Assembly (NCBI RefSeq): GCF_004010195.1
Contig: NC_057719.1
Span: forward strand, 18,381,438-18,432,982
Direction: 5' to 3'
DNA: 51,545 nucleotides
From: Chiloscyllium plagiosum
Lineage: Eukaryota
Part shown: positions 25,653 through 36,467 of the stretch, one piece after another
How positions within the stretch are numbered: the first letter of the stretch is position 1
Layout: each line of letters opens with the position of its first letter
Notes under the pieces: generated by a model
Told to the model about the DNA's origin: nothing
Databases searched by the model: none
Seen by the model: the letters and a program-made list of their open reading frames with translations, nothing else
Made by a program: the position numbers and the translations under genes

Positions 25653-25886
25653 GATAATTATACAATAATCAACACCACTCTCAATTCCTCAAATACTGAA
25701 ACAGTCCATGGTGAAATAAAGCAAGACCTGGACAATATCCAGGTTTGAGCTAACATGTGAAAAGTAATATTCACACAAGTGCCAGGCAATTACCATCTCC
25801 AACAAACAAGAAACTAACAATAAATACTCACCAATCTAGTGGTGCCCATGTCCCAAAAGTGAATTTTTAAAACTTTGCAATTTGGG

Positions 25887-26415
25887 TCATAGAGACATAG
25901 AGACATAGAGTTTTTACAGTACAGAAAGATTGGTTTCAATCTTTGGGGTGGCACCGTGGCTCAGTGGTTAGCACTGATGCCTCACAGCATCAGGGACCTG
26001 GGTTTGATTCTCGCGTTGGGTGACTGTCTGTGCAGAGTTTGCACATTCTCCTCGTGTCTGCGTGGGTTTTCTCCGGGTGCTCCGGTTTCCTCCTACGATC
26101 CAAAGATGTGTAAGTCAGGTGAATTGGCCATGCTAAATTGCCCATATTTGAAAGGTGCATTTGTAAAATATAGGCTAGGGAAATGGGTCTGGGTGGGTTA
26201 CTCTTCGGAGGGTCGGGGTGGACTTGTTGGGCCGAAGGGCCTGTTTCCATACTGTAAAAAAAAACAATCATGTCCACACTGATCATCAAATATCCATCTA
26301 TTATAACCCCATTTTGCAAATCTTGGCTCCTAGCCTTGTATGCATTGACATTTCAACTGTTCATTCAGTTAGTTCTTAAATGTCTTGAGGGTTCCCAACT
26401 CTATCACCCTTTTTG
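25887..26415 (-). mobile_element. CR1 3' end with (CATAGAGA)n tail, interrupted by HE1
   Basis: CATAGAGACATAGAGACATAGAG tail, with antisense CR1 sequence resuming at about 26268. Confidence 0.7.
25945..26256 (+). mobile_element. HE1-type V-SINE
   Basis: Head, V-domain and tail to GGGCCTGTTTCCATACTGTA. Confidence 0.93.
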
Positions 26416-27238
26416 GTAGTTTTTTTATAGGTGTACAGTATACCTTGTTGATGATATTAAATTGATTCATTTCTGTAATGATAGTTCTTTTCCAGCAGCC
26501 CATCATATGGGTTTGTAAGAAAGGATAACATTATCTCAGGGAAATAGCTCCTCAGATGTTGAGACCAAAATCACTTTTCCCTTAATATCTGTGGAGAAAA
26601 AGCTTTAAAGATCCACTAACTCTTAAGTAAAGCATCCCTGCTGTGTGAAACCTTTGGCCAAAAAGGGGAAACTGGCAGAAACTTGGTTAAAAGTACCCTA
26701 ACTGCAAAAAAAAACATTTTCTGTTCAGCTGGAGATGGGCAGTTACATTACTGCCTTTCTGAAAATGCCCCTTTGAACACAAATACAGTCTTGTTAGTAA
26801 CAGCAGCAGCTATCCTGCCACAATCTCACCATTTGCCTTTTGCATTGCAAGATATTGAAATGACAGATGATGCCAGGTGTACAGATAGATCATAATCCAC
26901 AGCCGACAGTGAGGAAATGATGCATGAGAGGTGCATTATATTTGCAGAGAAGGTCCCACGGCTGTAGCTCTGAAATGACTTCAAAAGATTAGAAACCACA
27001 AGCATTTATATTACTAGAACATCATTCTGTACTGATGGGACACCAGCTATTCATGGTGAGCACTCAGCAGCCCTCCTCAAAAGTTGGTAGGTGTTCGACA
27101 CTAAGAGATGTACAGTTATGTATAGTGCTCACTAACAATGAGTCATCAGGAAAATGCTGATCCCAAGATTTGTGTGTTGCTGGTCAAACTTCCTTCACTC
27201 TGGAGATGTCTAAGTTACATGGTCAAAGTTATCCTTGA

Positions 27239-28246
27239 GAACATAGAACATAGAACAGTACAGCACAGAACAGGCCCTTCAGCCCACGATGTTNNNNNNN
27301 NNNNNNNNNNNNNNNNNNNNNNNNNNNNNNNNNNNNNNNNNNNNNNNNNNNNNNNNNNNNNNNNNNNNNNNNNNNNNNNNNNNNNNNNNNNNNNNNNNNN
27401 NNNNNNNNNNNNNNNNNNNNNNNNNNNNNNNNNNNNNNNNNNNNNNNNNNNNNNNNNNNNNNNNNNNNNNNNNNNNNNNNNNNNNNNNNNNNNNNNNNNN
27501 NNNNNNNNNNNNNNNNNNNNNNNNNNNNNNNNNNNNNNNNCTCTTAAACTCGATCCCCCTGTTAATGAAAGCCAAAATACCATATGCTTTCTTAGCAACC
27601 CTGTCCACTTGGGTGGCCATGTTAAGGGATCTATGTATCTGCACACCAAGATCGCTCTGCTCCTCCATACTGGCAAGAATCCTGTCCTTAATCCTGTACT
27701 CAGCTTTCAAATTCGACCTTCCAAACTGCATCACCTCGCATTTATCCAGGTTGAACTCCATCTGCCACCTCTCAGCCCATCTCTGCATCCTGTCAATGTC
27801 CCGCTGCAGCCTACAACAGCCCTCTATACTGTCAACGACACCTCCAACCTTTGTGTCGTCTGCAAACTTGCTGACCCATCCTTCAATCCCCTCATCCAAG
27901 TCATTAATAAAAATTACAAACAGTAGAGGCCCAAGGACAGAGCCCTGTGGAACACCACTCACCACAGACTTCCAGGCAGAATATTTTCCTTCTACTACCA
28001 CTCGCTGTCTTCTGTTGGCCAGCTAATTTTATATCCAGACAGCTAAGTTCCGCTGTATCCCGTTCCTCCTGACCTTCTGAATGAGCCTACCATGGGGAAC
28101 CTTATCAAATGCTTTGCTGAAGTCCATATACACCACATCCACAGCTCGACCTTCATCAACTTTTCTAGTCACATCCTCAAAGGACTCGATAAGGTTTGTG
28201 AGGCATGACCTGCCCCTCACAGAGCCATGTTGACTGCATTTAATCA
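27239..28246 (-). mobile_element. Young 5'-truncated CR1 (HER1-like) LINE; RT domain nearly intact
   Basis: SQHG..GRSCLTNLI, YMDFSKAFDKVPH, GVPQGSVLGPLLF, KFADDTK and WQMEFN lie in one frame with two stops (WI*N*L near 28023-28031). (CATAGAA)n tail at 27239-27257. Spans the N gap. Confidence 0.95.
27294..27540. other. Assembly gap (247 N)
   Basis: Run of n characters. Confidence 1.
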
Positions 28247-29170
28247 AATGTACATTCCAACTGTTGTTTAGATTTTTTTTTAGCCCAAGGAACCTCAGAA
28301 GCGTGGCGCTTAATTAAAAGCCACTGCATTGGCAGTATCTCTCACTCGTACCTAGCACTTCGCAAAATCTAAATGTATTTGAATTTCAGAAGGTTTCATT
28401 CAATTGTAAACTGTGTCCAGATTTATCTGTTGAATTTGGTGTATTGCTACAATCTCAAGGGCTGGAAAAAGTGAGGAAGATAAAAAAAAAATGAATGTAT
28501 AGGTCCAAACAACAAATTAAAAACACATGATAATTGCATAAATGTGTAATCATTAGAGAAATGTTTCAGCTCCTGTAAGGTTTCTCTCATGCATTAGGAC
28601 TCCAGGGACTGCTATATACTCAACTGTGTCTTCGTGATGTGGACAAGAACATGTCAGAAGCAGAGCATTGAGAGGGAGTACATGTAAATGAACTGAATTT
28701 GGATTGATTCGGTTTGACAAAGTCTAATCCTTATCCAGTTGAGCAGACATAAAAGCAAACTATGTGAGCTGGCTCCAGTCTGCTCAGTCTCATGTCCAAC
28801 CAACTGAATTGACACATGCACCCAATGGCTCTCCACATAGTATTTAAGTACAAGCCTATTAACACAGGAATAGCAGGCCATTCTGTCCCTCAAATCTACT
28901 TCACATTCAAGAAGATCGTGGCCGTTCAACACTATTTACTAACCATACCTCATCATTTCATGTATGTAACCCCATGAAAATATATTGCTCTCAGCATTGA
29001 AAGCTCCAATGTTCCAGAATCCATAGGTAGAGGTGGATGTAGATTTCTAGTTTTGTCAGAAAAATAATTTTGTGTTTTACTGATATATGTCATTGTGCAT
29101 GTCTGCTTACTTTTTTGACATGGACTTGATGGAGTATTAATTTCTGACAAATGTTGAGTGACTGTGTCAC

Positions 29171-29260
29171 ATTCCTGATGAATGACTTATGCCGGAAATG
29201 TCCATTCTCCTGCTCCTCCGATGCTGCCTGACCTGCTCTGCTTTTCCAGCAACACACTCT
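29171..29260 (+). mobile_element. Solo Penelope-like pseudo-LTR fragment (family A), degenerate hammerhead
   Basis: ATTC-CTGATGA-atgacttatgccg-GAAA-tgtc followed by TTCTCCTGCTCCTCCGATGCTGCCTGACCTGCT. Confidence 0.8.
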
Positions 29261-29434
29261 TCACAAAATCAATCTTCCCTGGATTCCTATGACATGTCAG
29301 GGAGATGGTGAACATTGAAAGTTCAAATTCCTCACTGCTACGTGCCCCTATAATATCATTGGATTCGGCCAGTCTAGATCCTCGTACCTCAGAATACCAT
29401 AGCCTTCAAGATGGTATTCCACATAGTATTAAAC

Positions 29435-29775
29435 ATTTATTAATGACTTAGATGAGGGAGTCGAAGGGTGGGTACTTAATCTAGGTTAGAAGTTCGGCAC
29501 AACATCGTGGGCCGAAGGGCCTGTTCTGTGCTGTATTGTTCTATGTTCTATGTTCTATGGTGAAAAAGGCAGAAGTATGGCAGGTGGAGTTCAGTACAAA
29601 GGAATATGAAGTGATTCATTCTAGAAGGACTAGAATGGAAACATTATAAATGGCCCAATTCTGAAAAGTTCAGAATTAGTATTTCCAGAAGCTAACACTG
29701 AAAGATCATGGGGAAAGGTGATAAAGTTTAAAAAGAAATACGTGATTTAGGTTTACATGAGAAGCATAGATTAGA
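29435..29775 (+). mobile_element. Old CR1 RT fragment containing a young CR1 3' tail (about 29480-29559)
   Basis: FINDLDEGVEGWV and WQVEFS motifs flank ACATCGTGGGCCGAAGGGCCTGTTCTGTGCTGTA(TTCTATG)n, which is the reverse complement of 27239-27293. Confidence 0.75.
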
Positions 29776-29784
29776 CAACGAGAG

Positions 29785-30745
29785 AAAATAAGAACAGGTG
29801 TAGACCATTTGGCCCTTTGAGAATGCTCTGCCATTCAAGATGGCCATGGCTGATCATCCAATTCAGTCCTCTGTTACTACTTTCACACACAACCTTTGAT
29901 CCCTTTAGCTCAAAGAATTATATCAAACTCATTCTTGAAAACAGTCTGACTTCAACCAGTTTCTGTGGTAGACAATTCCATAGGCTCACCACGCTCTGGG
30001 TGAAAAAGTTTCTCTTCATCTCAGTCCTAAATTGCCTACCTGGTATCCTGAGACTGTGACCCTGCTAGCGGACTACTCAATCATTGATTGGATCAATCCT
30101 TGTTTACCCTATGTATGCCAACTGGAATTTTGTAAGTGTCCATGAGATCTCCTTCTTTCCTTCTTAATGCCAGTGAATGATCAAACTTACCACTTTGAAT
30201 AGTGCAGGTTCTAAAGGCTATCAAAGTGAAAACATTCATCCTCATCTCTGTGTTTGATCTTTTACCAATGATTTAAGATCCATGATATCTGTCTATTGAG
30301 CCACTCACCAGAGAGAATATTCTTTTTTTCATTTACTCTGTCAAAACTCCTCTTCAACTTGAAAGCACCTAACAGGTCACCTCTTATATTCTTTTTTTCA
30401 TGAGAATAGTGGCATCATGGTGGCTCTGTGGTTAGTACTGCTGCCTCACAGCACCAGGGACCTGGGTTCAATTCCCACCTTGGGCAACTATCTGTGTGGA
30501 GTTTGCACATTCTCCCTGTATCTGAGTGGGTTTCCTCTGGGTGCTCTGGTTTCCTCCCACAGTTCAAAGATATGCAGGTTAGGTGAACTGGCCATGCTAA
30601 ATTGTCCATAGTGTTAGGTGTAGGGGAATGGGTCAGTGAATGTCAGTGAATATGGTGCAACATACATTCAATCTCTATTCATACATCAAATGCCTTGCCA
30701 TCTCAGGAATCAGTCTGGTAAATCTTTGTAGCACTCCCTCTGTGA
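29785..30745 (-). mobile_element. CR1 3' fragment split by the 459-bp inverted insertion
   Basis: CR1 3' end AAGAACAGGTGTAGACCATTTGGCCC. The sequence runs to CAGTGAAT (30178) and resumes CAGTGAATATGG...CAGGAATCAGTCTGGTAAATCTTTGTAGCACTCCCTC after 30644. Confidence 0.8.
30409..30634 (+). mobile_element. 3'-truncated HE1 SINE copy carried inside the inverted duplication
   Basis: Identical to the reverse complement of 31015-31240 and lacks the last roughly 85 nt of the SINE. Confidence 0.92.
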
Positions 30746-30930
30746 CCCTCCATTATATACACAAATAGATTATGCTATCAATTTATAAACAACTAGCTAG
30801 GTCCCATCTGGATATAAGTGTATATAATTCTTTGCACCCTACTTCGACAAAAAACATAAAGGGCTTAGAAAAGATGCAGAGGAGGTTTAGCAAGGACCTA
30901 CTAAAGAGAGTAATGAAATAGTTTGGAAAT

Positions 30931-31240
30931 GATTATATTAGATTCCCTACAGAGTGGAAACAGGCCCTTCAGCCCAACAAGTCCACACCAACCCTCCAAA
31001 GAGCAACACACCCAGACCCATTCCCCTACACCTAACACTATGGACAATTTAGCATGGCCAGTTCACCTAACCTGCATATCTTTGAACTGTGGGAGGAAAC
31101 CAGAGCACCCAGAGGAAACCCACTCAGATACAGGGAGAATGTGCAAACTCCACACAGATAGTTGCCCAAGGTGGGAATTGAACCCAGGTCCCTGGTGCTG
31201 TGAGGCAGCAGTACTAACCACAGAGCCACCATGATGCCAC
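30931..31240 (-). mobile_element. HE1-type V-SINE, full length, within an old + strand CR1 fragment (about 30750-31500)
   Basis: Complete head, V-domain and (AATCT)-like tail. Confidence 0.93.
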
Positions 31241-31764
31241 TATTCTCATGAAAAAAAGAATATAAGAGGTGACCTGTTAGGTGCTTTCAAGTTGAAGAGG
31301 AGTTTTGACAGAGTAAATGAAAAAAAGAATATTCTCTCTGGTGAGTGGCTCAATAGACAGATATCATGGATCTTAAATCATTGGTAAAAGATCAAACACA
31401 GAGATGAGGATGAATGTTTTCACTTTGATAGCCTTTAGAACCTGCACTATTCAAAGTGGTAAGTTTGATCATTTAGATAGAGCAAAACTATTCCCTCTGG
31501 AGCGTGTTAGGAATGGGCAATAAATGCTGCCTTGTCAGTATTGCCCACATACCACAAAAGTTTTTAAAAATTAATTAAATCAACCAATGTAAATTTTGTA
31601 TTTCATTTGTAATGATGACTCATGACCATCTTTCGTAGCACAAGAAGACACATTGTTCCTCAATTTAAATGAATAGTTTGGATAAAAGATATTGAGAATT
31701 TGACCAGAAAAAAGGAAGTATGGCTCAGGTACAGGCAGCTGGGATCAAGGGAATACAGGAATGT

Positions 31765-32752
31765 AGTGGAACACCTTGGAGTTTAGGTGCACAGTTGTCT
31801 GAAAGTGGAGTCACAGGTAGACAAGGCAGGGATTAGATTCCCTACAGTGTGGAAACAGGCCCTTCGGCCCAACAAGTCCACACCCACCCTCCGAAGAGTA
31901 ACCCACCCAGTCCCATTTCCCTCTGACTAATGCACATAACACAATGGGCAATTTAACATGGCCAATTCACCTGGCCTGCACATCTTTGGCTTGTGGGAGG
32001 AAACCTGTGCAGACACAGGGAAAATGTGCAAACTCCATACGGACAGTTGCCCAAGGCTAGAATCGAACCTGGTGCTGTGAGGTAGCAGTGCTAACCACTG
32101 AGCCACCGTGAAGAAAGCTTTTAGTACAGTGGCCTTTATCAGTCAGGGCACTGAGTATAGAAGTTGGGAAGCTATGTTGCAATTGTATAGGACATTGGTG
32201 AGGCCGCATTTGGAGTATTGTGTTGAGTTTTGATCATCTTGCTACAGGAAGTATGTTAATAAACTGGAAAGGGTGCCGAAGAAATTTATAAGGCTGTTGC
32301 CAGGACGCATTGGTTTGAGTTAGGGAGAGGTTGGACAAGCCAGAACCTTTTTCTTTCAAGCATAGGAGACTGAGGGATGATCTAATAGAAGTGTTTAAGT
32401 TCATGAGAGGCATGGATAGGATGAATACACTCAGTCTTTTTCTCGGGTTTAGGGAATCAAGGATTAGAGGGCATCAGTTTAAACATGGAGGGGAAAGAAT
32501 AAAAGGGAGCCGGAGAGGCAACCTTTTTACACAGAGTGTGGTATGCATATGGTATGAGCTGCCACTGGAAGGGATTGAGGCGGATACATTAACAACATTG
32601 AAAAGGTATTTGGACAAATACATGGATAGGAAAGGTTAGAAGGATATAGGCCAAGTGCGGGGAAATGGGGTTAGTCTTGATGGACATTTTGATCGGCATG
32701 GACCAGTTTGGGCCAAAGAGCCTGTCTCCATGCTGTAGGACTCTATGACTCT
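31765..32752 (+). mobile_element. CR1 LINE 3' portion, interrupted by HE1
   Basis: LVRPHLEYCV, RRLRDDLIEVFKFMRGMDR and RIRGHQFK motifs, plus a (GACTCTAT)-like tail. Confidence 0.9.
31831..32110 (-). mobile_element. HE1-type V-SINE
   Basis: Reverse complement of HE1 with small internal deletions. Confidence 0.92.
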
Positions 32753-32877
32753 AACTGGCTATGATAATATGAGCTGGGAGTCTAGCCTGTGTTGGTGCTC
32801 TGAAGGGTTACCTGATGGCTGTCTAGACGTTTTAAATAATGTCTATGGCAACCACTGGTCACTTTTTATTTCAAAAA

Positions 32878-33049
32878 CGTGCAGCAGAATCAACGTTTCG
32901 GGCATGAGCCCTTCTTCAGGAATCCTGAAGAAGGGCTCATGCCCGAAACGTCGATTCTCCTGCTCCTTGGATGCTGCCTGACCTGCTGCGCTTTTCCAGC
33001 AACACATTTTCACCTCTGATCTCCAGCATCTGCAGTCCTCACTTTCTCC
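32878..33049. mobile_element. Penelope-like pseudo-LTR inverted pair (family A) with 14-bp TSD
   Basis: A short inverted arm (about 32881-32923) is joined to a complete + arm ending CTGCAGTCCTCACTTTCTCC. TTTTATTTCAAAAA occurs at 32864-32877 and 33050-33063. Confidence 0.9.
32920..32957 (+). ncRNA. Minimal type I hammerhead ribozyme motif (Penelope-associated)
   Basis: Stem I GAATC(32920-24)/GATTC(32953-57), core CTGAAGA(32925-31) plus one A, stem II GGGC-tcat-GCCC, GAAA(32945-48), palindromic ACGT stem III, and predicted cleavage after GTC at 32952. Activity is not shown. Confidence 0.75.
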
Positions 33050-33271
33050 TTTTATTTCAAAAAGCCTTACTTAGCATCAGAAATGCCATAATTGTTTTCA
33101 GCACGAAAGAGTTTTGTCAAAATGCTATTGAGGGAAATGTAGTTGGTCATATTATACAGTTATTACATTGTAAAACAGAGCAATTCAGTCCCAGTAAAAT
33201 TATCAACTCCAAATCCATATGCTTCCAAGCCACTGTCAAAAAAAAAATATTATGTAGTGTGACCTCATTCA

Positions 33272-33643
33272 GAGAAGGTCATGTTGAAGCTGTACAGGAT
33301 GTTCGTTCGGCCACTTTTGGAATATTGCGTGCAATTCTGGTCTCCTTCCTATCGGAAAGATGTTGTGAAACTTGAAAGGGTTCAGAAAAGATTTACAAGG
33401 ATGTTGCCAGGGTTGGAGGATTTGAGCTTTGGGAGAGATTGAATAGGCTGGGGCTGTTTTCCCTGGAACGTGGTACAATTGCAACACTTAAAAGGCATCT
33501 GGATGGGTACATGAATAGGAAGGGTTTGGAGGGATATGGGATGGATGCCGGCAAGTGGGCTAGATTGGGTTGGGATATCTAGTCGGCATGGATGCGTTGG
33601 ACCGAAGTGTCTGTTTCAGTGCTGTACATCTCTATGACTCTAT
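33272..33643 (+). mobile_element. CR1 3' end with internal deletion
   Basis: RPLLEYCVQFWSPSYRKDVVKLERVQKRFTRMLPGL motif. At about 33471 it jumps past roughly 200 nt present in the 14975-15437 copy. Confidence 0.9.
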
Positions 33644-35494
33644 ATGCAGATTGATACAGTACTGTTCCTCAATATCAATACTATGCCAGTACATCATCAT
33701 CACCTTCTAAGGTCTTCATATTCCCTCTAAAGGATAGTCCCCAAATTTAAACACAATATTTCAACTGAAGCCTTAACTTGTGTTTTATAAGGTTTTCGCA
33801 TAATGTCCTTGCCTTTGAAAGCTACATCACTATAACTGAAACAAAGAAGCCCATACACTGTCTCAATTGCCCTACCACCTCTAAAGACTTGTCTAGATGC
33901 ATAGCTATGTATGTTGTGTATATAGGTCTCTGTTTCTGCACTTGCTGTAAAAATGTAGAGTTTTCAAATAACTACAGAGTAGTAGATGACAGATGTACTT
34001 GCAAATTCCTGCCACCAAGAAGAAGGTGGAATGAGTTCTTCGAGTGCTTTAACAGTTGATCATCCCCATCCTACCTTTTCCTCACAGTTGCATTAACCAG
34101 AAGGTCACATTTGTAACCCAGTGCCACGCTGTGAAAAGGCTCTGCCTCCATGATGATAGAGAGGCAACATTGATCGCTTTGTACTTTAAAACTTTTGAAT
34201 CATCTTAGAAGGTGCCTCCACATTTTGAGCTCTTTCACCCAATCACATCAATCACTTCTCCCAATGTGTGTGGTGATCTGTCAGTATTGGAAAACTTCCA
34301 TTGGCCTTTCACCCTCAGAGGCTCACCTGGCATTCATATTTGAACAGGACACTTGCAAGCTGCTACTTAATTGGGCACATCTTCAAAAAATAATTTGCAG
34401 AGTCCTGTCAGGGAATCGGGAATGAAAATCCCCGCAGTCTATTATTGTCCTCTTCGCAATTTACTATATTTCCAAATTTTGAAATAGTGTCCTGTATGCC
34501 CAAGGTCAAGACATCAATATGTATCATAAAGGTTGGGGTAGAGGGGGAACCATTTTTTCTACCCCGACTCTCTGAAAAAAAAAAGAATCATTCACTACCA
34601 CTTTCAGACCCTTAGCTATTTCATGTCTTTGTTTCAACTACCTTTGATTCCAGGCTTTCATTTTGTTAATAAGTCCAGGACATAATACTTCATCTCTGCA
34701 CTTGCAAAACCTGACTACGTATGATAGTGGAAATAGTGCATGGGAAAACATGCTATCTTTCTTCATAAAACGTAAGCTTCCATTTATGCCATCCTTGCAA
34801 ACACATTTACTACTAAAATCAGTTCAGCATTATGGAGCAAAAACCAATATTGAGATGCTAGTGAGTGGAAAGCAGAAAGTATGAGAAGCAGGCAGTCACC
34901 ATCTGACAGATTACGTAAGTCAAAACGATGTTGGCCCTACTTTCCAACATTTTCTGATTTTGATTCCGATTTTCAGTAATAGCAATATCCTCAATGCTGT
35001 TTGGAGAAACCAGTGAACTGCTGATTCCAATAAATTGGTAACTGAAGTTCTGAAGGGAACCACGGTCTACTTTGGAGAGACTCTGATTAATTTTACTAAG
35101 AGTTTCAAACTGAAATGCACTGATAAATCAGAGAGTTTGAGTTTATGGGCAAAACTGTGAGTTAGGCATCAAACAGGACAAGTATCATCTGACTCACACA
35201 ATCCGCGACAGAAAAGCTCTTTCATCTGCTCTGCATTTCTCTTGTTTGATTCTATTCTTAGTCTGAATCGTTCCAAACTGAATCCATCTTTCACTTTTAG
35301 TTATGTTTCCTCTTCTTCTGATTGTAAATAAGCTCTAAATAGGCATCAGCCATGACTCAGTTAGTAGCGCTCTCACATGTGCAAGGGGATAATGAGTTCA
35401 AGGCCTCCTCAAGAAATGGGAGCACAAAATCCAGTTCCCACTTCATGTCAGTACTGTGGGAGTGCTGCATTGTCGCAGCATTTCAGCTGTTAGA

Positions 35495-35690
35495 TCCTTC
35501 TATTGCCTCAATGCATCTAAATATAATATTGTATGTATAAGAGAGGTATTTGACTTGTTTGGACAGAGTCAAACTCCAATGCTTGTTTATTCCCTTGATA
35601 TGCAACTATGCAGAACCGAACTGCATTTGTGACCTTGTATAAATTCAAAGATTTTTTATGAATAAAGTATATATTTGAAATTACAAAGAA
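35495..35690 (+). mobile_element. Probable LINE 3' UTR (L1/Tx1-like) inserted in the Deu SINE
   Basis: Ends TTTTTTATGAATAAAGTATATATTTGAAATTACAAAGAA (poly(A) signal plus A-rich end). The family assignment is tentative. Confidence 0.4.
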
Positions 35691-35777
35691 GGTATTTTTA
35701 CCATGCTGGCCTACAAGATAAGATGGCAAACCGAGGCCCCGCTACTCTTGACTGAAATAATCCCACAGCATAAGTCT

Positions 35778-36467
35778 TAGGATATTTGTCCAAAAATCCC
35801 TGAAGGTGCCAAAGCAGATTAATAGGGTAGTTAAGAAGGCTATAGGACATCTGTTTTTATCAGTCAGGCATAGATTGTAAGAGCAGGAAGGTTATGTTGG
35901 AGCTGTAAAGGACTTTGTTAAGGCCACAGTGGAGTACTGTGTACAGGTCTGGTCTCTGTACTATAAAAGGATGTCTTTGCACTGGAAAGGATGTAGAGAA
36001 GATTCAACAGGATATTGCCTGGAAGCACTTTAGCTCTGGGGAGAGGCTGGATAAGTTTGGGTTGCTTTCTCTAGAGCAGGGAAGCTTGGGGTGGGGTGGT
36101 GGCGGAACTTGATGAAGTGCATAAAATTTTGAGGTGCATGGACAAGGTGGATAGAAAGCATCTGCCCCCTTTATTCGAAGGGTCAATTATAAGAGGGCAC
36201 GCTTGTAAGGTGAAAGGCAGTAGGTTGAAAGGGGATTTGGGGAAATTTTCATTCACCCATAGGGTGTTGAGAGTCTAGAATACACTGCCTGGGTGGATAG
36301 TTGAGGTGGGTATTTAAAAATAAAATGTGGATGGGCACTTGAAATGTCATAACATTCCAGACAATGGCCTTAGTGCTGGAGGTGGGACTTGTATAGATTT
36401 AGTGTAGCTTTGGTGGTACAGACTTGATGGGCCAAAGGGCCTCTTTTGTACTGTATGATTCTATGAT
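35778..36467 (+). mobile_element. CR1 LINE 3' portion
   Basis: RVVKKAIG, LLRPQWSTV and HKILRCMDKVDRKHL..IRGHACKVKG motifs, tail CTGTATGATTCTATGA. Confidence 0.88.

Larger units (their letters stand above)
23304..25872 (+). mobile_element. Decayed CR1-group LINE with tRNA-like 5' head, APE endonuclease and RT remnants, and 3' tail
   Basis: Head CTGGA-CTAGTAA-TTCAG (23317-23333). EN N-terminus LTNI*GLEPKLGELSHRLVKQQLNTVILKGSYL from about 23690. RT motifs TGIYPTMRKISLLCPVHKK, ALNIKAMFEQV*H, GVPQCNV*GPTFFSCFINDL and LADN. Tail ATAAATACT..GGTGCCCATGTCCCA. Confidence 0.85.
30176..31473. repeat. Perfect 459-bp inverted duplication (30176-30634 / 31015-31473), 380-bp spacer
   Basis: The arms read as exact reverse complements by eye (position p pairs with 61649-p). 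The ORF track gives identical peptides at 30417-30611(+) and 31038-31232(-). Confidence 0.95.

Noticed and set aside
27138..28026. Long + strand ORFs of 262 and 245 aa
   Set aside because: Inflated by the N gap and are antisense frames of the CR1 RT.
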